From an uncultured Planctomycetota bacterium (GTDB lineage Bacteria > Planctomycetota > PLA2 > JAEUHO01): a stretch of DNA of 64,000 bases. Shown here one piece after another: positions 50,737 through 59,402 of this stretch. The notes below the pieces were generated by a model. It saw only the letters and a list, made by a program, of their open reading frames with translations, had not been told where the DNA came from and made no database searches. The stretch spans positions 192,001 through 256,000 of the forward strand of contig CAVVXN010000005.1 in NCBI GenBank assembly GCA_963752285.1. The letters run 5' to 3'. How positions within the stretch are numbered: the stretch's first letter is position 1; each line of letters opens with the position of its first letter. Both the position numbers and the translations under genes were made by a program.

Positions 50737-51254
50737 ACCAACGACCGGTGCCTTCGGCCCCGGTCGAACGACGGGGTCATGTGAGGGGGCTCCGCCCCCT
50801 CCGCGCCGGCTTCGCCGTCGCTACCCCAGGCGTGGGGTCGTTGGCGGCGCGACGGGATCCGGACGACGCGCTCGTCCGAGCGACGCGAGAAGTGTGGTAG
50901 CGGCGGTTGGACTTGAACCAACGACCGGTGCCTTCGGCCCCGGTCGAACGACGGGGTCATGTGAGGGGGCTCCGCCCCCTCCGCGCCGGCTTCGCCGTCG
51001 CTACCCCAGGCGTGGGGTCGTTGGCGGCGCGACGGGATCCGGACGACGCGCTCGTCCGAGCGACGCGAGAAGTGTGGTAGCGGCGGTTGGACTTGAACCA
51101 ACGACCGGTGCCTTCGGCCCCGGTCGAACGACGGGGTCATGTGAGGGGGCTCCGCCCCCTCCGCGCCGGCTTCGCCGTCGCTACCCCAGGCGTGGGGTCG
51201 TTGGGGACGCGATCGGTACGGGCGGGGCCGGCACGACGAATGAAGCGAGAGGGA
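50715..51254 (-). repeat. Three tandem 180-bp tRNA-linked repeats, each ending in the 3' 32 nt (T arm, acceptor strand, CCA) of tRNA-Met
   Basis: tggtagcggcggttggacttgaaccaacgacc starts at 50715, 50895, 51075 and (true tRNA) 51255; exact 180-bp period. Confidence 0.95.
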
Positions 51255-51331
51255 TGGTAGCGGCGGTTGGACTTGAACCAACGACCCCACGCTTATGAAG
51301 CGTGTGCTCTAACCGGCTGAGCTACGCCGCC
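51255..51331 (-). tRNA. tRNA-Met(CAT), elongator type
   Basis: GGCGGCG TA GCTC AGCCGGTTA GAGC A CACGC TTCATAA GCGTG GGGTC GTTGG TTCAAGT CCAAC CGCCGCT A CCA; 77-nt cloverleaf with encoded CCA; G2-C71/C3-G70/G4-C69. Confidence 0.93.
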
Positions 51332-51348
51332 GTTCGGTCGGGCGGGTG

Positions 51349-51377
51349 ACGGTAGCCCCTCCTTCGCGGGCGGTCAA
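51349..51377 (-). promoter_or_regulatory. Sigma70-type promoter of tRNA-Met
   Basis: TTGACC-N17-TACCGT on minus strand, -10 box 17 nt upstream of the tRNA. Confidence 0.65.
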
Positions 51378-51450
51378 GGCGAGCGGGCGGCGTCGGGAGG
51401 TGGGCCGCGCGGGGGGGGGCGGGCCGCGCGCTGGTCGATCCGGCGCGTGC

Positions 51451-52482
51451 TCAGGCCTTCGGGGCTCTCGCGCCGACAGCGGGGGCGTCGGGTGTGGGGG
51501 CGGGGACCTTCGGGTGGGGACGCACGTGGGGGTTCGGGCCCGCGGTCGCCGGCATCTCCGGCGGCCGGACGACGAGCACGGCGTCGCCCGCGCCCCGGTC
51601 CTCCTCGGTGAACGGCAGCGCGGGGTCGTCCTCCATCTGCATCACGAGCAGGGCGGTCCGGTCGTTCGGGCGACGCTCCCGGAACTTCGTGAGGGTCCCG
51701 AGGTCGCCCTCGACGTGGAAGGCGCCGACGACGAGCAGCACCCGCGTGTCGGGATGGGTGTCGCGGTACGCGGCGATGCGACCTCCCATCGCGTCGTCCC
51801 ACAGCGACTGCGCACGGAAGTACGGTTCGCCCCGTTCTTTCCCCATGAGCTTCAGGAACCGATCGTGGTACGCGTCCTTCGGCGTCGACGTGTGGTCGGG
51901 CAGCCACGCACGCTCCTGGGGCGCGAGCGAGGCGAGGTACTCGTCGTACGTGCCCTCGAACTTCCGGTATTCGCTGACGAGGCGACGCGGGGCGTTGGCC
52001 GACAGCACGGGGATGCCGTGCGCCTTCGCGAACTCGACGAGTGGGCCGTGCGTCTTCGGATAGGTCTTCGAACGCTGCGTCTTCTTCCGGAACGTCGGCT
52101 CGTCGAGCTTCCCGGCCAGATAGAGGTCGAGGTCGGACTGCTGGTCCGCCTCGAAGAACTCCATCGCGAGCGCCAGGGGGCGACCCGAACGCGCGAGACC
52201 CTCGAGCACCTGGAGCTCGTAGCGGGCGCCCACGGGATGGTCGTGGAGCTCGCCGAACGCCACGAAGTCGGCCCCGGCGGCGCGGCCGAGGAACGTGGCG
52301 AGCGAGATCGGGCGTCCCGTGCGGCCGTCGTAGAGCGCGGCCTCCTCGGGATGCGTGGGGGTGGGCCGAGGGGTGACCATGGCGGTCGGCGGGCAGGGGG
52401 GGCAGCAGCGCCGCGGGGGACACGCGCAGGCCGTGAGGAGGGACGCGAGGACCAGGACGCCGAGCTCGACGGGGATGCGCAT
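51451..52482 (-). CDS. ChaN-family (heme-uptake-like) lipoprotein
   Basis: Lipobox-like LTAC; FVAFGELHDHP; LAMEFF; AQSLWDDAMG; VGAFHVE. Confidence 0.85.
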   Translation of the reverse strand: MRIPVELGVLVLASLLTACACPPRRCCPPCPPTAMVTPRPTPTHPEEAALYDGRTGRPISLATFLGRAAGADFVAFGELHDHPVGARYELQVLEGLARSGRPLALAMEFFEADQQSDLDLYLAGKLDEPTFRKKTQRSKTYPKTHGPLVEFAKAHGIPVLSANAPRRLVSEYRKFEGTYDEYLASLAPQERAWLPDHTSTPKDAYHDRFLKLMGKERGEPYFRAQSLWDDAMGGRIAAYRDTHPDTRVLLVVGAFHVEGDLGTLTKFRERRPNDRTALLVMQMEDDPALPFTEEDRGAGDAVLVVRPPEMPATAGPNPHVRPHPKVPAPTPDAPAVGARAPKA

Positions 52483-52595
52483 GGCCGGGAGCATCCCAGA
52501 GACCCTCCCCAGGGTCCACCCTGGGACCGGACACCGGGTCGGACCCGCCCGTGGACCGCGCGCCGCGCGTCGGGCCGCGAGGGTACGCTTGGCCG

Positions 52596-53114
52596 ATGGC
52601 CCGGCTCCTCCTCGTCGATGCGTACAACGCCATGTTCCGGCTGTGGCCCGATGCCCCGGCCGACCGTGACCAGGCGCGCCGCATGCTCGTCACGGCGGCC
52701 GAGGAGGCGCTGCGCGTGTCGGAGGTGGCGCGCGGCGACGATCGCGTGCTCCTGGTCTTCGACGCGCATCCGGGAGCGGAGCGTGCGGGCCTCCAGGGGC
52801 GGGGAGGCCGCGTGTCCTGGCGGTACGCCCGCGGTTCCGCCGACGACGAGATCCTCGAGCACCTGCGACGTGGCGAGGGGAGCGCCGGGAACGTCGTCGT
52901 CGTGACCGACGACCGCGAGCTCAAGGGACGTGCCCGCCAGCTCGGCGCCTCGACGGCGAGCGTGGGGGACCTCTTCCGGGGGCCGCGGCGTCTCGCGACG
53001 CCCGACGCCCCGCCGCGCGGGGCGCCCGTCGGCCCGCCCCTCGGGCCGACCGACTTCGACCTGCCCGCCGGAGAGATCGACCTCACCGATCCGGACCTGG
53101 AGGACCTCGCGTAG
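52596..53114 (+). CDS. NYN-domain (YacP/Rae1-like) protein
   Basis: LLVDAYN, LVFDA, SADDEI, VVTDDREL. Confidence 0.8.
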   Translation: MARLLLVDAYNAMFRLWPDAPADRDQARRMLVTAAEEALRVSEVARGDDRVLLVFDAHPGAERAGLQGRGGRVSWRYARGSADDEILEHLRRGEGSAGNVVVVTDDRELKGRARQLGASTASVGDLFRGPRRLATPDAPPRGAPVGPPLGPTDFDLPAGEIDLTDPDLEDLA

Positions 53115-53330
53115 CGGCGGGGCGCCTTCGGCCCACGGCGGGCGGGCGGAGCGTCGGCGGGCCCGCGGCGCGGCCTCCGGGCGGCGGCGAGGCGCCGACG
53201 CCCCGGCCCCTCGCTCCCGGCGGCGGGGGACCCCCGCGGTATAGGACTCGGGCCGCGACGCGTCGGGCCCGCGGGGACCGCACGGCTCCCCGGCCGACCC
53301 CGCCGGCCGGACGATGGAGGAAACATCCCC

Positions 53331-53846
53331 ATGAGCACGAAGAGCAGGATCGTGCACACGCTGATCGACCGCGGCTTCCTCGAGGAACACACGGTCCGCG
53401 AAATCCTCGAGCCGGCCTTCTGGTCGGTGAACGTCCACGACGGGCCCGAGGCCTACGAGAGGACCCTGCGCCGCTTCACCCGGCACCAGCGGCTCCTCCT
53501 CGCCGTCCAGTGGTACCGCTCCGAGGTGAACAACGGCGGCCACTGGCAATTCTACGTGAACCACACCTGCGTGGTCGTGCGGGACGCGCAGGACGGCCTC
53601 GACCTCCTGGCGCTCCCGGAGCACGTGTTGATCCTCCGCGAGTCGATCGCGCGCCTCGGCCAGGCGGTGCCGCTCGGCGGCGACCTCGTGTCGCGTGCGC
53701 AGTCCGTTCCCGACTTCGACGACCTGGACGAACGCTACTACGCGCTCGATCGGCGCTACGACGTGGAGGCACGGATGCTCCGCTTCATCCGCCTCCATCC
53801 CGACGAGTTCACGTTCGAGGGGCTCGTCGAGCACTTCCTGCCGTAG
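53331..53846 (+). CDS. DUF4375 / DMP19-like protein
   Basis: GGAGG RBS; EVNNGGHWQFYVN; FDDLDERYY...FIRLHPDEF. Confidence 0.75.
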   Translation: MSTKSRIVHTLIDRGFLEEHTVREILEPAFWSVNVHDGPEAYERTLRRFTRHQRLLLAVQWYRSEVNNGGHWQFYVNHTCVVVRDAQDGLDLLALPEHVLILRESIARLGQAVPLGGDLVSRAQSVPDFDDLDERYYALDRRYDVEARMLRFIRLHPDEFTFEGLVEHFLP

Positions 53847-53862
53847 CCCTTCGGACGGGGAA

Positions 53863-53902
53863 CGCGCGGTCCACGGTCGCGTGCGCGGGGGTGGACCGCG
53901 CG
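53863..53902. terminator. Inverted pair of the 12-mer forming a hairpin between convergent genes (possible bidirectional terminator)
   Basis: cgcgcggtccac-N16-gtggaccgcgcg between the DUF4375 and tnaA stop codons; no U-tract. Confidence 0.45.
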
Positions 53903-53906
53903 CGGC

Positions 53907-55280
53907 TCAGTCGATGGGCGCGAGGCGCGCCGTGAAGTGGCGCAGGTGGGGCGGCTCTTCGACGATGCGGAGGCCGCGGATCTCGGCCCTGCGGCGCACG
54001 ACCTCGTCGGCGACGTCGAGCACGTAGTCCACGTGGCTCTGCGTGTACACGCGACGCGGGATGGCGAGACGCAAGAGCTCCAGCGCGGCGAAGCGCTCCT
54101 GACCCGTCTTGGGGTCGCGGCCCCCGAACATCAACGACCCGATCTCGACCCCGCGAACGCCGCCCTCGACGTAGAACGCCGCGGCGAGCGCCTGCCCCGG
54201 GAAGGCCGCAGCGGGGATCTCGGGCAGGAACGCGCCGGCGTCGATGTAGATCGCGTGGCCGCCCGGCGGCTGGACGATGGGGATGCCGCGCTGGAGAAGG
54301 CCCTCGCCCAGGTAGCGCGTGGAAGCGAGGCGGTAGCGCAGGTAGTCCTCGTCCACGACCTCGCGCAGGCCGACGGCGATCGCCTCGAGGTCGCGTCCCG
54401 CCAGACCGCCGTACGTCGGGAAGCCCTCCGTCAGGATCAGGAGGTCTTCTTCCTGCTGGGCGAGGCGGTCGTCGTTCGTGCCGAGGAACCCGCCGATGTT
54501 GGCGAGCCCGTCCTTCTTGGCACTGAAGGTGGCCCCGTCGGCGAGCGCGAACATCTCGCGCGCGATCTCCTCCACGCTCTTGTCCTGGTACCCGTCCTCG
54601 CGGAGCTTCACCAAGTACGCGTTCTCGGCGAAGCGACAGGCGTCGAGGTAGAAGGGCACGCCGTGCCGGCGCGCGAGGGCGCTCGCGGCGCGGACGTTCG
54701 CCATCGACACGGGCTGGCCGCCGCCGGAGTTGTTCGTGATCGTGACGATCACGCAGGCGACTTCCTGGCCCCTCTCCGCGAGCAGGGCCTCCAGCCGCCG
54801 GACGTCGATGTTGCCCTTGAACGGATGCACCTCGGAGGGCCGAAGCGCCTCGGGACACGGGATGTCGATGGCCGTTCCGCCCAGGTACTCGACGTTCGCG
54901 CGCGTGGTGTCGAAGTGCGTGTTGCTCACCACGACCCGGTCCTTCACCTGGAGGCAGGTGAAGAGGATCCGCTCGGCGGCGCGGCCCTGGTGGGTGGGGA
55001 TCACGTGCCGGAAGCCCGTGAGCTCCTGGGCCCGGTCGCGAAAGCGGAACCACGACCGGGCGCCCGCGTAGGACTCGTCGCCGCGCATCACGGCCGCCCA
55101 CTGCTCGGAGCTCATCGCGCCCGTGCCCGAGTCGGTCAAGAGATCGATCAGGATGTCCTCGGCCCGGATCTTGAACAGGTTGTGATCGGCGGCCGCGAGG
55201 ATCGCCTGCCGCTCCTCGCGGGTCGTCATGCGGATCGGCTCCACGACCTTGATCCGGAACGGCTCGATGATCGTGCCCAC
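53907..55280 (-). CDS. tnaA: Tryptophanase (PLP-dependent beta-eliminating lyase)
   Basis: EPFRIKVVEPI; IDLLTDSGT; GDESYAG; THQGRAAE; SAKKDG PLP lysine; EGFPTYGG; RLAIPRRVYTQSH; LRHFTA (His, tryptophanase-type). Confidence 0.9.
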   Translation of the reverse strand: MGTIIEPFRIKVVEPIRMTTREERQAILAAADHNLFKIRAEDILIDLLTDSGTGAMSSEQWAAVMRGDESYAGARSWFRFRDRAQELTGFRHVIPTHQGRAAERILFTCLQVKDRVVVSNTHFDTTRANVEYLGGTAIDIPCPEALRPSEVHPFKGNIDVRRLEALLAERGQEVACVIVTITNNSGGGQPVSMANVRAASALARRHGVPFYLDACRFAENAYLVKLREDGYQDKSVEEIAREMFALADGATFSAKKDGLANIGGFLGTNDDRLAQQEEDLLILTEGFPTYGGLAGRDLEAIAVGLREVVDEDYLRYRLASTRYLGEGLLQRGIPIVQPPGGHAIYIDAGAFLPEIPAAAFPGQALAAAFYVEGGVRGVEIGSLMFGGRDPKTGQERFAALELLRLAIPRRVYTQSHVDYVLDVADEVVRRRAEIRGLRIVEEPPHLRHFTARLAPID

Positions 55281-55381
55281 GAGGCCTCCTCCGCCGCGCC
55301 CGCCGCGGCGCGCCCATGATCGGCCCACGCCGCGTCGTTTCCATCCAGGGTCGGAGACCCTCTCCCCGCTACCCTCTCCGG

Positions 55382-55978
55382 GTGCCGCTCCTCGACTGCC
55401 GTGGCCTGGCGCGAAGCCCCTTCTTCGCCGCACGTGACCTGACGCTCGCCGAGGGCGAGATCGTGTTCCTCTCGGGACCGAGCGGCTCCGGCAAGTCCCT
55501 CTTCCTGCGCACCATCGCGGACCTCGACCCCGCGGACGCGGGCCGCGTGACGCTCCGCGGCGAGCCGCGCGCGTCGATCGCGCCGGCCGCGTGGCGTGCC
55601 CGCGTCCTCTACGTCCATCAGGGCGGCGTGCGGTTTCCCGGCACGGTGCGCGAGAACCTGGACCGCGTCGCGGCGCTCGAGGGATCCGGCGCGCGACGAC
55701 GCGGCCGGTTTCCCGCGGTGCCGGACGTGGAGGACGAGAAGGACGTCGAGCGCCTGTCGGGTGGCGAGGCGCAAGCGCTCGCGCTGCACCGCGCCCTCTG
55801 CCTCGAGCCCGAGGTCCTCCTCCTCGACGAGGCGACGTCGGCCATGGACCCCGAGCGGGCCGCCTTCTGGGAGGGGCGCGTGCGCGACTGGGTGGGGGCG
55901 GCGCGCGCGGCGCTCTGGGTGGCGCACGACGTCGCGATCGCCGCACGGCTCGGGGCGCGGCGGGAGCGCTTCCCGTGA
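55382..55978 (+). CDS. ABC transporter ATP-binding protein (FetA-like)
   Basis: GPSGSGKS; LSGGE; LLLDEATSAMD; WVAHD. Confidence 0.85.
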   Translation: MPLLDCRGLARSPFFAARDLTLAEGEIVFLSGPSGSGKSLFLRTIADLDPADAGRVTLRGEPRASIAPAAWRARVLYVHQGGVRFPGTVRENLDRVAALEGSGARRRGRFPAVPDVEDEKDVERLSGGEAQALALHRALCLEPEVLLLDEATSAMDPERAAFWEGRVRDWVGAARAALWVAHDVAIAARLGARRERFP

Positions 55979-56775
55979 CCGCGGTCATCACCCTCACATG
56001 GGACCGCCTCGCCCTCGTGGCGGCGCTGATCCTCCTGAACGCCGGGATCAGCCTCCGCCTGGGGCTGGGGCTCGGGCAGCGTCTCCTCCTCGCCGCCGTT
56101 CGAACCGTGGTCCAGCTCCTGCTCCTCGGGCTCGTCCTCGCGTGGGTCTTCTCGGTCGAGGGCCCGCTCGCCGTGCTCGCCATGATGACGTTCATGATCG
56201 TGATGGCGGGCTACGAGGCCGTCCGGCGCACCACGCTCCGGATCCCCGGGGGGTACGGCGCCGGGCTCGGCGTGATGCTCTTCTCGTCGATGACCGTGAC
56301 CCTGTACGGGATCGTCGCGGTCTTGCGCGTGGACCCGTGGTACCGGCCGCAGTACATCGTTCCGATCCTCGGCATGGTGCTCGGCAACACGCTGAACGGG
56401 ATCTCGCTCGGTCTCGAGACCGTCCTCGACGGCTTCGCGCGCGACCGGGAGCGGGTCGAGGTGCTCCTCGCGCACGGGGCCTCGCCGGCGGAGGCGTCCC
56501 GCGACGTCGTGCGCCGCGCGGTTCGAACCGGCATGGTCCCGATCCTCAACTCCATGGTCGCGGCGGGCGTGGTGAGCATCCCGGGGATGATGACCGGCCA
56601 GATCCTCGCGGGGCAGGATCCCGGCGGCGCCGCTCGCTACCAGATCTTCATCCTGTTCCTGATCGCGGCCGGCGTTGCGCTGGGCACGGTGCTCGTGGTC
56701 CTCGCCGCGCGCCGGCTGGTGTTCGACGGCCGGGCTCGGCTCCGCTCCGAACGCATCGTGCGAAGGGCCCGGTAG
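55975..56775 (+). CDS. fetB: FetB/UPF0014 ABC transporter permease
   Basis: RTVVQLLLLG; PQYIVPILGMVLGNTLNG; GVVSIPGMMTGQILAG; YQIFI; GTGA overlap with ATPase. Confidence 0.9.
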   Translation: MTAVITLTWDRLALVAALILLNAGISLRLGLGLGQRLLLAAVRTVVQLLLLGLVLAWVFSVEGPLAVLAMMTFMIVMAGYEAVRRTTLRIPGGYGAGLGVMLFSSMTVTLYGIVAVLRVDPWYRPQYIVPILGMVLGNTLNGISLGLETVLDGFARDRERVEVLLAHGASPAEASRDVVRRAVRTGMVPILNSMVAAGVVSIPGMMTGQILAGQDPGGAARYQIFILFLIAAGVALGTVLVVLAARRLVFDGRARLRSERIVRRAR

Positions 56776-56819
56776 GCCCGCGGGCGCGGTGGTTCAATGA
56801 GGCGACCCGGGAGCGCGCC

Positions 56820-58529
56820 ATGGCCGTCACGAAGGAAGAACTGGAGCGTCGGATCGACCAGGCGGCGGGTCGCGTCCCCGCCGACCTGGTGGTGAAGGAC
56901 ACGCGCTTCCTCGACGTCGCGACGGGGGAGATCGCCCAGGGCGACGTCGCGATCGGCGGCGACAGGATCGTCGGCACGTACGAGCGCTACGAGGGCGAGG
57001 ACGAGATCGACGGTCGTGACCTCGTGGTGGTCCCGGGGTTCGTGGATGCGCACGTCCACGTGGAGAGCTCGCTCGTGACGCCCGGCGAGTTCGACCGGCT
57101 GGTCCTGCCACGCGGCACGACGACCGCCATCGCCGACCCGCACGAGATCGCGAACGTCCTCGGCGTCGAGGGCCTCTCGTACTTCCTCGAGGCCGCGCGG
57201 GACCTCGTCATGGACCTGAGGATCCAGCTCTCCTCGTGCGTACCCGCCACCGCCCTCGAGACGTCCGGCGCGCGGCTCCGGGCGGAGGACCTGGTCCGTC
57301 TGCGCGGCCACCCGTCCGTGCTCGGCCTGGCCGAGATGATGAACTTCCCCGGTGTGCTTCACCACGACCCGGAGGTGATCGAGAAGCTCGTCGCCTTCGA
57401 CGGGTGGCACGTGGACGGGCACTGCCCGCTCGTCTCCGGCTACGACCTGAACGCCTACGCGGCGTGCGGCATCCGAAACTGCCACGAGAGCACGAGCCTC
57501 GGCGAGGCCCGGGAGAAGCTCAGGAAGGGCATGCAGGTCCTGATCCGCGACGGGAGCGTCTCGAAGGACGTGGACGCGCTCGCCCCGCTCCTCGACGAGG
57601 CCACCTGGCCGTTCCTCGCCTTCTGCACCGACGACCGGAATCCCCTCGACATCGCCGACGAGGGGCACGTGGACCATCTGATCCGGCGCGCCATCCTGCG
57701 CGGCGCGCCCGTCGGGGCGGCGTACCGCGCCGCGACCTGGGCCGCGGCGCGTCACTTCGGCCTCACCGACAGGGGCGCCGTGGCGCCCGGTCAGCGCGCG
57801 GACCTGGTCTTGCTCGACGACCTCGAGACGTGCGCGGTCCACGCGGTCGTGAAGAACGGGCGCCTCGTCGGCGATTGGAGCTTCGAGGGGCGTCGCCTCC
57901 CGGCGCCGGTGGGGCGGCGCTCGATCCGGCTCGACCCGGTCGATCCCTCGGTGTTTTGCGTCCCGGGCGACCGCGGCGTCGTGTCGGTCATCGGCGTCAT
58001 CCCGGGCCGCATCCTGACCGACCACCTCCGGGAGGAGGTCCCCGCCCGGGGCGGGTTCCGTCACGCCGACCCCGCGCGCGACCTCCTCCAGGTCGCGGTC
58101 CTCGCCCGCCACGGCTCGAACCGCAACGTCGGTCGCGGCTTCGTGAAGGGCTTCGGCCTCCGGATCGGCGCGCTCGCATCGAGCGTCGGGCACGACAGCC
58201 ACAACGTGATCGTCGTCGGCGCCGACCCCCGCGAGATGGCCCTCGCGGTGAACCGGCTGATCGACCTCGAGGGCGGGTTCGTCGCCGTGATGGGCGACCG
58301 CGTGCTCGCCGAGCTCCCGCTGCCGATCGCCGGCCTCATGTCGGAGCGGTCCTCGGCCGAGGTCCGCGAGCGCCTGGTCGCGCTCCGGCGCGCGGTGAAG
58401 GATCTCGGCTGTCCCCTCGCGGAGGCGTTCCTGCAGCTCGCGTTCCTGCCCCTGCCGGTGATCCCGCACCTCAAGATCACCGACCACGGCCTCGTGGACG
58501 TGGACCGCTTTCAGGTCATCGCGGCCTGA
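56820..58529 (+). CDS. ade: Adenine deaminase
   Basis: PGFVDAHVHVESS; DPHEIANVLG; LAEMMNFPGV; DGHCP; CHES; CTDDR; SSVGHDSHN; LPVIPHLKITD. Confidence 0.95.
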   Translation: MAVTKEELERRIDQAAGRVPADLVVKDTRFLDVATGEIAQGDVAIGGDRIVGTYERYEGEDEIDGRDLVVVPGFVDAHVHVESSLVTPGEFDRLVLPRGTTTAIADPHEIANVLGVEGLSYFLEAARDLVMDLRIQLSSCVPATALETSGARLRAEDLVRLRGHPSVLGLAEMMNFPGVLHHDPEVIEKLVAFDGWHVDGHCPLVSGYDLNAYAACGIRNCHESTSLGEAREKLRKGMQVLIRDGSVSKDVDALAPLLDEATWPFLAFCTDDRNPLDIADEGHVDHLIRRAILRGAPVGAAYRAATWAAARHFGLTDRGAVAPGQRADLVLLDDLETCAVHAVVKNGRLVGDWSFEGRRLPAPVGRRSIRLDPVDPSVFCVPGDRGVVSVIGVIPGRILTDHLREEVPARGGFRHADPARDLLQVAVLARHGSNRNVGRGFVKGFGLRIGALASSVGHDSHNVIVVGADPREMALAVNRLIDLEGGFVAVMGDRVLAELPLPIAGLMSERSSAEVRERLVALRRAVKDLGCPLAEAFLQLAFLPLPVIPHLKITDHGLVDVDRFQVIAA

Positions 58530-58547
58530 GCGTTCGAGGCCCGGCGC

Positions 58548-59087
58548 TCAGCCCTCCTCGACGACGCCCACGTATGGCAGGTGGCGGTAGCGTTCGGCCC
58601 AGTCGATGCCGTAGCCGACCAGGAACCCAGTCCCGACCTCGAAGCCGACGAAGTCCGCCGCGAAGGGGACGGCCCTCCGGCCCGGCTTGTCGAGGAGGAC
58701 GCACGTGCCGACGCTCGCCGCGCCGCGCGCGAGGAGGTGGGCCGCGACGTGCGCGAGCGACCGCCCGGTGTCGAGGATGTCGTCTACGAGGAGCACGTCG
58801 CGCCCGCGCGGGTCGGCGCTCGCGTCCACGCGGAGGGTCACGACGCCGCGGCTCTCGGTGCCGTCGCCGTAGCTGCTCGCCACCAGGAAGTCCACCTCGG
58901 GCCGCACCCCCTCGGCGTCCAGCGCGCGGACGAGGTCGGCGGCGAACACGAAGGCACCCTTCAGGCACACCACCATCAAGAAGGTCGCCTCCGGGGCGGG
59001 CGGCCACCGGCGTGCGATCTCCGTGGCGAGCTCGCGGACGCGCTCGGCGATCCGCTCGGCGCTGATGACCTCTACGATGCGCGACAC
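58548..59087 (-). CDS. hpt: Hypoxanthine phosphoribosyltransferase
   Basis: LKGAFVFAADL; ASSYG; LLVDDILDTGRSL; LLDKP; FLVGYGID..ERYRHLP. Confidence 0.93.
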   Translation of the reverse strand: MSRIVEVISAERIAERVRELATEIARRWPPAPEATFLMVVCLKGAFVFAADLVRALDAEGVRPEVDFLVASSYGDGTESRGVVTLRVDASADPRGRDVLLVDDILDTGRSLAHVAAHLLARGAASVGTCVLLDKPGRRAVPFAADFVGFEVGTGFLVGYGIDWAERYRHLPYVGVVEEG

Positions 59088-59402
59088 GGAACGGCCTCCG
59101 GCGCCCATCCTACGGTCGCCCGTTCCGGATGGACCGCGCGTCGCCGATCGGGCCGGCCCGCAGGAACCCCGATGCGCGCGGCGCGTTCGCCGCCAGGTGC
59201 CGCGGTACGCGACTCGTCGCCCGAAAGACCACGCTCACCCCCGACGGGCTGTCGTGGGTGCGCCCGGGCCCGACCCCACCGCGAGGAGGGCACGACCCCT
59301 TCCCCTCCGGGCGATGGGGGGGCGGACGACGAGCAACGCCGGAACCGGGGTCCCGGCGTCCGCAGGGCCGCGCGGTCCACGGCGGTTCCGGCGTCGAGCG
59401 CG

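Noticed and set aside
50715..51254. CRISPR array or additional intact tRNA genes
   Set aside because: Inter-repeat sequences are duplicated rather than unique, and the units lack D and anticodon arms.
44490..51254. Intact prophage, ICE or IS element
   Set aside because: No integrase, transposase, relaxase or phage structural motifs were recognised.
50450..51298. ORFs with repeated VVAAVGLEPTT
   Set aside because: This is the translation of the reverse strand of the tRNA 3' end, a common spurious ORF.
51255..51331. Initiator tRNA-fMet or tRNA-Ile2(CAT)
   Set aside because: No C1:A72 mismatch or GGG/CCC anticodon stem (not fMet); acceptor GGCGG matches elongator Met better than Ile2, though not tested by a covariance model.
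53907..55280. Tyrosine phenol-lyase
   Set aside because: C-terminal LRHFTA has the His typical of tryptophanase rather than the LRFFTA of TPL.
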